Assembly: GCA_965285935.1 (NCBI GenBank) | Contig: OZ260666.1 | Coordinates: 37,076,001-37,140,000 of the forward strand | Origin: Ophelia neglecta | Taxonomy: Eukaryota | DNA length: 64,000 bases | Reading direction: 5' to 3' | Shown: piece by piece, positions 24,141 to 35,636 of the stretch | Numbering within the stretch: the stretch's first letter is position 1 | Layout: the number at the start of each line of letters is the position of its first letter | Position numbers and translations under genes: made by a program | The notes under the pieces: model-generated | The model's database searches: none | The model's input: only the letters and a program-made list of their open reading frames with translations | What the model was told of the DNA's origin: nothing

Positions 24141-24477
24141 GTAAGTAAATCAATACTTTAAGTTTCACATAGCCCACAAAAGCAATTATCTGCAAAAGGT
24201 CATTTGTTTGACTACTGAGTGTTCTGCTGTTACATTCTGACTAATTTCCTGGTGTGATGAGTAATCTTGTTTACAGCTCTGCATACATTCTTTATTTGTT
24301 GACCTTCCCCCTGTCCCTCAAGTCTGAAATGCAACTTCTTTCCTTGCACATCTTACCAGTAAACCTTTGCTTCCTTATTGTATCTCTACCTTTTCATTCA
24401 TCTGTTCACACAAACAATGGGCTCGCCGACCCCTGTAGGAAATGCTTCTTAACGCTAAATTACTTGATTATTTTCAG

Positions 24478-24637
24478 CTCCCGATGCTGAGGTGACAATC
24501 ACAGAAAAGACTGTCTCAGTGAAGAAGGAGAAGGTGACTGTGATTGGAGAACAAGAGACTCGTGTGGTGGAGAGCTCACCCACGTTTGGCCAAACCTTGC
24601 TGCCTGTAACAGAAGTCCATATTGGAGAAAATGTCAA
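24478..24637 (+). CDS. Exon, linker plus start of Ig
   Basis: PDAEVTITEKTVSVKKEKV...SSPTFGQTLLPVTEVHIGENV; ttttcag / AA|GTGAGT. Confidence 0.87.
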
Positions 24638-24790
24638 GTGAGTCAATTTAAACCATACCAGTTGGCTGGAAACAATAGTTTTAATTGTTTAAATCTTAGG
24701 TTAATAAAACCCAGCCCTTTGTGTTTCTTTTGAGATATAAGTCAATGTTTTTTTATTACTTGACTAATGTTGAGTTCCTGTTTATTTCAG

Positions 24791-25011
24791 ACTTCAGTGT
24801 GATGTGACCTCAGAACCTCCTCCAGATATTAAGTGGTATTTGCCCAATGGCACTGAAGCCTTACCCAGTCAGCGTATAACCATCAATGTTAACAAGGGCG
24901 TTACAACCCTGACCATCATCAATGTCACCGTACAAGATGGCGGTGAATACATATGTAAGGCCACAAACCAGCTTGGGGAGGGAAGCACCAGGACCTTCCT
25001 TAGAGTTAGGA
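24791..25011 (+). CDS. Exon, Ig body
   Basis: LQCDVTSEPPPDIKWY...QDGGEYICKATNQLG; atttcag / A|GTGAGT. Confidence 0.9.
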
Positions 25012-25363
25012 GTGAGTATTTACATCCTCAACATAACACAAAGCCATTGATTTAGTACCATGCAATGCAGGGACTGTTATTAAAGGGGTGCTGCAGAGAG
25101 CTTTGAATTTCTATTACTATATATGTTCTTTTTTTTTTCGCCACAAAGATGAGGTTTGTTAAGATGCATGATAACAACTTTCTTTTTTATGACAAACATA
25201 TTTATAATGGTGTACAATTAATGATGGCAAAGATGTTACCAAAAATAATGATGAAATGTTCAATTGTAAATTATTAATACAGTTATGATAGGTGCAGCAT
25301 CTGTTTGCTTCGTTCTTTATCTAAAATATAAATAATTATATTAATTATTAACTATTGCTTCAG

Positions 25364-25627
25364 AACCAGAGCCACGACCAGTAGCTCAGCCAGTGGCCCA
25401 TGCACCTCCGCAGCCAGCTGGAGAGCCCCCGTTAAAGCCGGAGGAGGCTGCGGGTCCCAAGGCCCCTCCTCCACAGCAGGGAGAGCTGCCCACAGCACCC
25501 TTGTCAGAGCCATGTGCTGTCATACCACTAAGACCACCAGAGGATGAACCTCCCAGGTTCCTTATGCCTTTGAGAGACTTCACTGTCACAGATGGAGATC
25601 CAGCTACATTCAGGGTCTTCTTCACAG
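25364..25627 (+). CDS. Exon, Pro-rich linker plus start of Ig
   Basis: ...EDEPPRFLMPLRDFTVTDGDPATFRVFFT; gcttcag / G|GTGAAT. Confidence 0.88.
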
Positions 25628-26067
25628 GTGAATACTAACTGTTATTAGTGAACCGTGTTGGAAATCATTATAAAGTTATATGGAACAATCCATGTATATA
25701 TTGGTTCACAGCCTCTTTAGGTGATGGAATATTTGTAGTTGTGCAGTGGGTTGATGTTAGCTCTTTATTTATACATACCAGCACTCTCATTGTCCACAAC
25801 TTAGCCAGTAGCATAGTATAAATAAGATACTCAAACATCCTCATTAAACTGTTCCCAGAATTTCTGTTTTGAAGTTCATTGGTAATGGGTAGAGTCACCC
25901 ATTCATAGCCTAGCCTTGAGTTCATTTATTAAAAGAGTGAGCTAGATAATAAGTGTTGCAACATGCTTTTAAATACAGATCAGCAAATGTAAGAATTTAC
26001 ATGCTGTACATAGTGCCTAGAAATATGCAATATTATAGTATAAATAATTGCCTTTTTTCCCCCACAG

Positions 26068-26271
26068 GCTATCCATACCCAAGAGTAACTTGGTTCTTCA
26101 ATAGCCAGCCAATTAAGCCAAGTAAGGACTTCCAGATCCACATTGATGTACAGAAGGGGGAAAGCACCCTAGTCATTGTAGAGGTCTTCCCTGAAGATGA
26201 GGGTGAATACATGTGCAAAGCAGAAAATCCATTTGGAGCTGCCATCACACACTGTCACATGTTTGTCAGAA
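26068..26271 (+). CDS. Exon, Ig body
   Basis: YPYPRVTWFFNSQPIKPSKDF...EDEGEYMCKAENPFG; cccacag / A|GTGAGT. Confidence 0.92.
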
Positions 26272-26385
26272 GTGAGTATAATGTCCCAAAGATGTTCATT
26301 AGAAATATGTACAGCTATCATTCCTCCTGATTAGTAAAATATCAATTTATGTATAACAACTTACCAAATTAATTTCCATTGCCAG

Positions 26386-29300
26386 TCCCATCATCATCAG
26401 AAGATGAAGGAGTAGAGAAAATCACAAGCAGGACTGTTGAGGTTGTCAAGACTACAGTGCCTGTCAAGGTGAAAGAGTCCAGACGATTCTCTGAAACCAT
26501 TGCTATTGACCACAAAGAAAGACTGAAAGAAATGGCTGTCCAGTTCAAAATACCGCAACCAAAGAAGGAAAAATCTGAGCTGTATGTGAGGCAAAAAGCA
26601 GCTCCGAAACCAATGAGAATGGAGGTAGAAGTACCAACAACCAAGGTGACCTCCACAACACTGGCACCTAGATCTTTACAAGTAATGGCTACACCCACCA
26701 AGCGTCAACAGCTGCAGGTGGAGGTCACCGAGAAAAGAAGATTCTCAGAGACTGTAGCTATTGACCATAGAAGATTTGAGCCTGTTGAAATGATGATTGA
26801 TGTCCCCAAACCCAAGGTGATTGAAAAATCATCACTTGTGGTGCAACAAAAGCCGGCACTGAAAGGAGTGAGGATGGAGGTGGAAGTGCCAGAAGTTCTC
26901 AGGCAGACTAGCCACGCCCAGTACATCAAACACAAACAGATTCAGGCAATGGAGACCAAGAGACAAGAGTTTATTATGCAGCTGTCTGGCCAGCCTCCAC
27001 GCTTCATATTTGATCTGCAGTCAAGGAAAGTTATGGATGGAGAGGAAGTTAAATTCAAAGCCCATGTGGTTGGCACTCCGACTCCTGAAATTGCATGGTT
27101 CCACAATGGCAAGAGAATTGTTGATAATCCAGACTTCAGAACCTCATATATCCGTGACACCGGAGAATGTGAACTCCTCATTCTGGAGGTGTTCCCTCAA
27201 GACACTGGTACTTATGAATGTGTTGCAATCAACAAATATGGACGTGCAACATCAACAGCCACCCTTAAAGTGGAGGTTTATGAATATGTCCCAGATAGTG
27301 AAGAAGCCACAGCATCCCAGACTGAATCAGTCATCTCTACATCTAGCATGGATGAAGTTGAGTTCCAGAAAAAGACCCAGAAATTCCTTGAGAAGATGCA
27401 GGAATTGCGCAAGGAAGTGCACGATGAGGAGACTACTGTTAAAACAACATATGAGGAAGAAATAGTCGAAGAATTGGATATTGAAGAACAGGGTTATGAG
27501 GAAACTATTCTTATGGCAGATGTCAAGTGGCAGATACCTAAGCATGTTGAGCCTCACACTGAAAGGATCAGTCCTGAGAAAACAGAGGAATTCATGCAGA
27601 CAGTTCCTGTTGAACAGCCCAAGCAGGCTGAGGTTGGTCCTGAAACTACTCAAGCCAAGGTTACACCCAGAAGACTTAGCCATGTCAAACCACTGGAAGG
27701 TCCCAGGGGTGAAACTGCCTCAGAAGATATCATTGCTTCTGGAGCTCAGTTCACTGAACAGACAGACACACAAGTTGAACTAGCACATCACTCTGTGGCT
27801 GCCAGGAGACACAGCCATGTGGAACCAGTTGTTGACACCCAAGCACCTCAAGACACCGAGGAATTTGCTGGTGTTCCAATGCAGGTCACAAAACACAAGG
27901 AGCACCTTGTGGAATATGAAGAATCTACTGTTGCACCAAAACAACCAACCAGAGCACAACCTGTTGTTGAAAAACAAACAGTGGAGTCTGCTGAAAATCT
28001 CATTGGAGAAGCATCCGAGGCCACACAAGAGGAAGAGTACAGCATTGAACTTGCCAAGCCAGCAGCAGTGGCCCCTAAACAGCCAACTAGAACCCAACCA
28101 GTTGAAGAGAAGCAGTCTGTTGAATCTGCTGAAAATCTTATTGGTGAGGCATCAGAAGCTATGCAGGAAGAGGAATACAAGATAGATCTTGCTCATCCTG
28201 CGGCAGTGGCTCCTCAACAGCCAACAAGAACCCAACCAATTGAAGGTAAGTGTGCGGAGGAGTCTGCAGAAAGCCTCGTTGGAGAAACCTCTGAAGCTAT
28301 GCAGGAAGCGGAATACAGGACAGAACTTGTTCAGCCAGCTGCTGTAGCTCCTAAACAGACGACAAGAACCCAACCTGTAGAAGAAAAACAGGCTGTGGAA
28401 ACTGCTGAAAACCTTATTGGGGAAGCATCAGAGGCCATGCAGGAAGATGAATACCATGTTGACTTGACTCAACACACAGGCATCGCTCCTCAGCAGCCTA
28501 CACGAATTCAACCAGTGCAGGAGCAACAAACTGTAGAATCAGCTGAAAACCTCATCGATGAAGCACCAGAAGCAATGCAGGAGAAGGAACACAAGGTTGA
28601 CCTAGCCGAACCTACCAAAGGTGCTGCCAAGCAGCCTACCAGAATTCAGCCAATTGAAGAAAAGCAGACGGTTGAATCTGCTGAAAGCCTTATTGGAGAA
28701 GCCTCTGAAGCTATGCAAGAGGAGGAATATAAAGTGGATCTTTCCCATCCAGCAGCCATTACTCCCAAACAGCCAACAAGAGCACAACCTGTTGAAGAGA
28801 AACAGGCAGAGGAATCTGCTGAAACTCTAATTGGTGAAGCATCTGAGGCTATGCAAGAAGAAGAATATCATGTGGAATTGGCTACACCATCCACAGTCAC
28901 TCCAAAACAACCAACCAGAACCCAACCAGTAGAAGAACAACAGTCAGTTGAATCTGCTGAAAATCTCATTGGCGAAGCATCTGAAGCTATGCAAGAAGAG
29001 GAATATAAAGTAGACCTTTCTCAACCAGCTGAAATTGCTCCCAAACAGCCAACAAGGACTGAACAAGTTAAAGAGCAGCAGGCAGAAGAATCTGCTGAAA
29101 ATCTCATTGGCGAAGCATCTGAAGCTATGCAAGAAGAGGAATATAAGGTAGACCTTTCTCAACCAGCTGAAATTGCTCCCAAGCAGCCAACGAGAACACA
29201 ACCAATAGAAGAGCAACAGGCTATTGAGTCTGCAGAAAATCTCATTGGTGAAGCATCAGAAGCCATGCAGGAGGGAGAATACACTGTCGACATGGCCACA

Positions 29301-32300
29301 CCTACAACAGGTGCTCCCAAGCAACCTACCAGGATTCAGCCAATTGAAGAACAGCAAGCAGTCGAATCTGCTGAAAATCTCATTGGTGAAGCATCAGAAG
29401 CCATGCAGGAGGGAGAATACACTGTCGACATGGCCACACCTACAACAGGTGCTCCCAAGCAACCTACCAGGATTCAGCCAATTGAAGAACAGCAAGCAGT
29501 TGAATCTGCTGAAAATCTCATTGGTGAAGCATCAGAAGCCATGCAGGAGGGAGAATACACTGTCGACATGGCCACACCTACAACAGGTGCTCCCAAGCAA
29601 CCTACCAGGATTCAGCCAATTGAAGAACAGCAGGCAGTTGAATCTGCTGAAAATCTCATTGGTGAAGCATCAGAAGCCATGCAGGAGGGAGAATATACCG
29701 TTGACATGGCCACACCTACAACAGGTACTCCCAAGCAACCTACCAGGATTCAGCCAATTGAAGAGCAGCAAGCAGTTGAATCTGCTGAAAATCTCATTGG
29801 TGAAGCATCAGAAGCCATGCAGGAGGGAGAATATACCGTTGACATGGCCACACCTACAACAGGTACTCCCAAGCAACCTACCAGGATTCAGCCAATTGAA
29901 GAGCAGCAAGCAGTTGAATCTGCTGAAAATCTCATTGGTGAAGAATCAGAAGCCATGAAAGAGGAAGAATGTAAGGTGGATCTTGCTCAACCAGCTGAAG
30001 TTGCTCCTAAACAGCCAACAAGAACAGAACAACTTGAAGAAAAGCAGACAGAAGAATCTGCCGAAACTCTCATTGGTGAAGCATCTGAGGCCATGCAAGA
30101 AGAGGAATATCTTGTAGAAATGGCCGAACCTGCCGCTGTGGGCCCGAAACAACCTTCTCAAACACACCCTGTAGAAGAACAACAGGTTGTAGAATCTGCT
30201 GAGACATTAGTTGGAGAAACGACTGACACTATGCAAGAGGAAGAGATCAAGGTTGAACTAGCTAAACATGGATTTGGTCCAAAGCAGACTACTAGAACAC
30301 AACCAGTAGAAGAACAACATGAAGTGGAATCTGCAGAAACCCTTGTTGGGGAAGCAACAGATACCATGCAGGAGGAGGAATATACAGTAGACCTTGCAAA
30401 CCCTGCTGTTGTTGGTCCCAAACAGGCCACCAGAGCTCAGCCAGTAGAAGAAGAGCAAAATGTAGAATTGGCAGAGAACCTGGTTGGTGAAACTACTGAA
30501 GCCATGGAAGAAAAAGAGTATACCGTGGAAATGTCTCAACATGATGCCAAGACCAAAGCTGAAACCAGAATTGAACCCGTTGTTGAAAAACATCCAGAAG
30601 AAAGTACTCTAGAGGGTGGTGAGGAAATCATCACAGAGACTCCCCAAGGAGTGGAAATTCCTTCAGAGATGGATATTCAATCAGGTGTCCAGGAGAAACT
30701 TGAGTCGTTAGTGCAGCCAACCCATGAGCAACAACCTGAAGAACTGACTGAAGAGGTTAGAGGAAAATCACCAGAATTCACTAAGGAGGAAGAAATAGCT
30801 GTTGAGCTTTCTAAGCATGTTGTAGAGGAAAAGAGGGAAACTCTTGTCCAAATGACAATGGAACAACACTCAGAAGAACTCACAGAAGAGGTTGGCGAAG
30901 TTCCATCAGAACAGCCACAGGAGGAAGAGATAACAGTAGCATTAGCCAAACATGATGTTACTAGTGCCAAGGAGTCCCTTGTTGGACAACAGCTTGAACA
31001 ACTCGCTGAAGAAATAGCTGAAGGCATCATCCATGAGCTCACCTCCCAGTCCCAACCTGGCGAAGACATTAAGCTTCAACTTGACAGACCAGAGGTCAAG
31101 CAACCAGAAGGAGCACTAGCTGCTACACAGGTTGCTCAACTAACAGAAGAAAATATTTCAGAGATCTTGGAACATATGCCATCTCCTGATGTGACAGAAG
31201 GCCAGGAGGTGTTGATGGAATATGGTACCCAAGAGCATCAGCCCAAGCCTGAGACTAGGGCTCCAGAACTTGAAGAGCAAATGTCTGAAGGTTCTATTGA
31301 GGAGAATCTACAAGAAATCCCAACTGAAACAAGTGAGAGTCAGGAAGTGATTGTGGAACTGGCTAAATCTGAAGCACCTGTGAAAGAAACCAGCATGACT
31401 GGCATCGTTGAAGAGACTCACTCCGTGGAGGAAGAAGAGGAAATATTTTATGAGACACCAGAACCTAGTGTTCCTGGTCAGGATGTTGTGGTTGAGCTTT
31501 CTGCCGCAGAACTGAAGCAACGGGAACAAACACTTGTTGGCACTCAAGAAGCAAAAGCTGAAATTGAGATGGCTGACGAAGGAACAATGGAATTCACCAC
31601 TGAGGTGACAAAGGAGGAGGAAATCCAGGTAATTCTGGGTAAAGCTGAGAAGGAATCTCAGAAACCTTCTTTAGTAAGCATGCAGGAGACTGTGGCTGAG
31701 CCTTTACAGACAAAGGAGCTCGTCACCGATGATGTAACAGAAGACATATCCCAAGAATCAAAGGTTGAAGTACCACTGGACACTGCCGCGTCCCAGGCTG
31801 CTAAGCCTTCTCTTGTAGGAACGCAAGAAGAACAGCTAGCACTACAAGAAACAAGAGAGGATATTGGTGAACTGACTGAAGACGTTACGGTACCAGATGA
31901 AATCAAGGCTGACTTCAAGGCAGCCGAAACTGGAGAGAGACCCCATACCCTTGTATCTGAGGTTGCTGAGGCTGTTCCTCCCGAGAAAATTGCGGAGGAA
32001 ATCATAGGTAACATCAAGGAGGTGTATATGATACCATCAGAAGTAAGACCAGAATTTGAACCGTCCGTAGTAGAGAGATATCGTCTCGAAACCCGCATTA
32101 GAGCACAGGAGGGCGTTAGGAACCTGGAGATGGCCGAAATGAGCCAGGTGGATTTCCAGGCTGCTACTGCTCAACAGTCGCAGATGCTGGTTGAACTGTC
32201 TCAAGCTGAGCAAACCGAAGCTGAGGTAAGATCAGTACAGGAAGTGACAGAAGAGAGACAGGTGTTGACTGAAATGTCACAAGAAGAAGTTGAATTCATC

Positions 32301-32643
32301 GAAAAATATGCCACTGAGACGGTCCATGTTACAGAGAAGACTTCGAGAGAAATCAAGGAGTACATGTCCCCAGTGTTTGAGACCCCTCTCTCTGATATCA
32401 CTATAACAGATGGAGAGATGGCAGTTCTGGAGTGCCGTGTGGCTGGAGTACCCCAGCCCAATGTCACATGGTTTGTCTCCGGACAGGAGATCAAGCCTTC
32501 CCCAGACTTCAAGATTACATACGAGGATGGTATCTGCACCCTAGTTATATATGATGTACTTCCAGAGGATGAGGGAGAATATGCCGTCAAGGCTGTGAGT
32601 GAGGCTGGTACATGTGTCACCACTGCCTACCTGACTGTGCTAC
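26386..32643 (+). CDS. Giant exon (6258 nt, phase 1-1): EVPK-rich segment - Ig - 46-aa acidic repeat array - Ig
   Basis: ORF 26379..32699; ttgccag / C|GTAAGA. Confidence 0.93.
27930..30545 (+). repeat. Coding tandem array, 138-bp/46-aa unit, 19 clear copies (EEQQAVESAENLIGEASEAMQEGEYTVDMATPTTGAPKQPTRIQPI)
   Basis: E(N/S/T)L(I/V)GE-type motif at 27993, 28131, ... 30201 every 138 nt, then 30336 and 30474. Confidence 0.95.
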
Positions 32644-32890
32644 GTAAGAATTTTATTATAATCCCTTATCATTTGTCTTTAAAGAGAAAATTGATTTAAA
32701 TCATGAATTGAATGGTGGGTATACTGCTGATACGAAAGTCCATTGACTGGCAGTGCTGTATGCTTATAGAAATGTTTATGAACTTTAACTTGATGCCTAA
32801 GATAGATTGCTGATTTTGCCTTTTACATGGGAGAAACATTAAGGTGCTTTAGTCTCTTTTCCCTTTAGTGAGTTATATTTGTTATCTTAG

Positions 32891-33061
32891 CTGCTGAAGG
32901 GTCTGAGTCAGAACCTCAGTCTCCTGTTGAGGAGACTCTCACTATGGAGAAGCAGGTTGGTGTGAAGACCAGACGTCATGAACAAGTTAGTGAGGAGTAC
33001 AAGAAGGTAGAGGTAGACATCAATGTACAGAGCAAGAAAACCGTACTTGCTGTCAGGGAAG
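32891..33061 (+). CDS. Exon, linker, phase 1-1
   Basis: AEGSESEPQSPVEETLTMEKQ...KTVLAVRE; tcttag / G|GTAAGA. Confidence 0.87.
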
Positions 33062-33766
33062 GTAAGAAATTTGACAAATACAGTAATTTTTTTTCGGGGT
33101 GATTTTTCTAGGATAGCTGAATTAATTCATATTTCACCATGAACTGCAATGGTTTTCTTTTAAGCCCCAGAGAGGCACAAACCCGAAAACTGAATGGTAA
33201 GGTGCTGCCAGAGCTGCCAAAACCCTACCCTTCATTTTAAGGACAAATTTTAAAGGGCAGATATTTTCCTAAATTGGCAATATTGCCTTTAATACTGTTG
33301 GAAGAGGCAGGTTTGACTTGTATTAAATAGGGGGCATACATGATGAAGAACTTAATTACTGCATAAAAATATCCTTTTTTTCAATGAAGTGGTGAAAGTG
33401 ACAAGGTAGCCTTATTTAAGGTCTTTTTCTCTGAAAGCCGTCCATTAGCTAGGGAATGTCTCAAAAAATGAAACTTTCAAGCAGCATGTACCTCAGAAAT
33501 GGAAGTGTCCCCCCTCCCCCCTCCCCCCCAGGCTTTAAGCATAGCAGAACTAAATAAGAAAAATGTGGTTGTGTACAGTTTGAAAGTCAGAAAAATCAAT
33601 GCTGATCTGTTTTATTCAACCAAATGTGGTTATTTATGTGTTCTGACAGCCATATTATAGTGAATTTTGGCAAAGTAAATAAGGACATTCAAACCTAAAG
33701 TGTAGTATATGTACCAAAGACCTGTGAGTTGTTTATGGTTTTCAAATGTCAACACTTCTTCTTCAG

Positions 33767-33900
33767 TACCCATTCCCAGCCAGCCTGAGGCTCCCAAATT
33801 CATCAAGAAACTGGAACCCAAAGAGATATTTGAGACAATGCCTGTTAAACTTGAGTGTGCAGTCACTGGCTACCCAGAGCCAGAGATCTGCTGGTATATG
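33767..33900 (+). CDS. Exon, N-half Ig
   Basis: EAPKFIKKLEPKEIFETMPVKLECAVTGYPEPEICWYM; cttcag / ATG|GTAAGC. Confidence 0.9.
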
Positions 33901-34173
33901 GTAAGCTGCCCACAGGAATCATTGGTTTACTATATTTTTGATATGGCCAAGAACATGTTTTATTTATTTGTTTGAATTTATTCAGTGCAAAGATGTAATA
34001 ATTGGTCCAAAAGCAATGATATCAACAAAAGTTAGACTATAGGTGCTACTTTTTCTTATATATTTGTCTTTTATGTAGAAATATCAGCACTATAGTTCAT
34101 AATTCTTTGCTGTATCTAATTGATACAGTATGCTTGAATTCAGTTCATTGAACAAGCCATCTTGCCTTCATAG

Positions 34174-34339
34174 GATGGTCAGAAAGTGACTACCTCCAAC
34201 CACATGTGGATGGAGTACCGCCGAGGACACTGCACTCTCGTCATTGACAAGGTCACCATCGAAGATGAAGCGGAATACATGTGTGAGGCTCGTAATGAGC
34301 TCGGAATGGCCAGCACCATGGCCGAACTTCTGGTTGAAA
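34174..34339 (+). CDS. Exon, C-half Ig
   Basis: DGQKVTTSNHMW...EDEAEYMCEARNELG; ttcatag / A|GTAAGC. Confidence 0.9.
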
Positions 34340-35493
34340 GTAAGCACAAACTCCCCTGCAAACAACACCCAATGTCTAAATATGCTAATGCCCACACTAT
34401 GCATGTCTATAACTACATCCAGTTGCGTAGTGTTAACATCAGCTTGTAGATGTGACATATTCCAGCCCCTGGGCTGCAGGGTAGTGTTCTGAACTGGTAA
34501 GGAGTAGATGTCAGCTGTAGTAATTGGCTGCAATTGTCCCTTGAACGATTTCTTAGCAATCTGATTTGATAAAGAAAATAGGTCAAATATGTTTGAAATT
34601 GGTCCAGAAAATCACAAGGGATCAAATTCAAGAAACATTTTCTATAAAGCAGTTTAGTTAGAGTATTTTAGCAATAAGTATGTTAATTGCCTAGTTGGCA
34701 GAGCTTAGCATGTCCATGTTGCACAAGAGGTATGGTCGGATGCAGTTAGGATTTTGACAATATTTACAACAACACACGCATGACACTCTTCTTTGTAAAG
34801 ATAAAATTCCAGTGATTTGCAACCAGACCAAATCTCGCCTATGTGCTTGCATGGACCATGCAGCCTGGCTACTCTCGATGTTGTAGTATCCTTGCAACAA
34901 TGTGCTGTGTTTATTAACTATTGTGTGTAAGTGTACATTATTGGGTATAGCACATCCACCCTTTACGAAGCAATATCCAACCTTGTCCTATGCGGACCAA
35001 AAGTAATCTAAACACTCGTATTTAATTCAATTTACTCTTTCATGTTTTCTGGGCTATATAATCTCCTTTTAACTAGAAGGGCCTTTTTCATGTGTTTAGG
35101 TTTGACCACTTAAGTGTTTTAACTGATTTATGGTTGTTTGATGCTGTTTTACTGGTTAACTATACATATATACACATTACATATTCAGGTAGTCACTGGT
35201 TTTTGTGGCTTCACATGTGTTAAGTAGTGAGTAAGCTTCAAGATCAGGGCATTACAAGTGACATTATTTGCCGTTGTTATGTAGTTGTATTTTTTTCTGT
35301 AAACTTGAGTCTTTCATTCTTGGCAGTGCAGTTTGAGGTTGGATGGCTGATGTAAAGTTACACTGTTCAGCAGTTATTTACACAGATATCTGGCTGCAAA
35401 TGTAGTATTGTGTCTGTTGGGTATCTTTCTAGGACTGCTACTAAACATCATCTGAACTGTCATGTTAAATATGCCCTTTTTGTAATCATTCAG

Positions 35494-35636
35494 AACTGAT
35501 AGAAGCTGTAGAACAGATTATTCTGGAAGAATACTATGAGGTTGAGATAGAGATGCTCTTTAAATGGAGGGCTCCTCCCTTCGCTAATGCCTTAAAGCCT
35601 GCCCCCGAGGGACAACAGCTTGAATGTGATGATTAA
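35494..35636 (+). CDS. Candidate alternative terminal exon (KLIEAVEQIILEEYYEVEIEMLFKWRAPPFANALKPAPEGQQLECDD*)
   Basis: cattcag acceptor in phase 1 with the upstream exon; coding-like composition; TAA followed by ATTAAA (35644) and AATAAA (35661). Confidence 0.55.

Noticed and set aside
24439-24452. Upstream acceptor ccctgtag giving R-N-A-S-stop
   Set aside because: Only 39 nt from the real acceptor, with no poly(A) signal before the next exon; could be chance
29224-29958. 244-aa alternative-frame ORF on the + strand
   Set aside because: By-product of near-identical 138-bp units that lack a stop in that frame
27930-30545. Regularly spaced repeats as a CRISPR array
   Set aside because: Contiguous in-frame coding tandem units with no unique spacers, in a eukaryotic intron-containing gene
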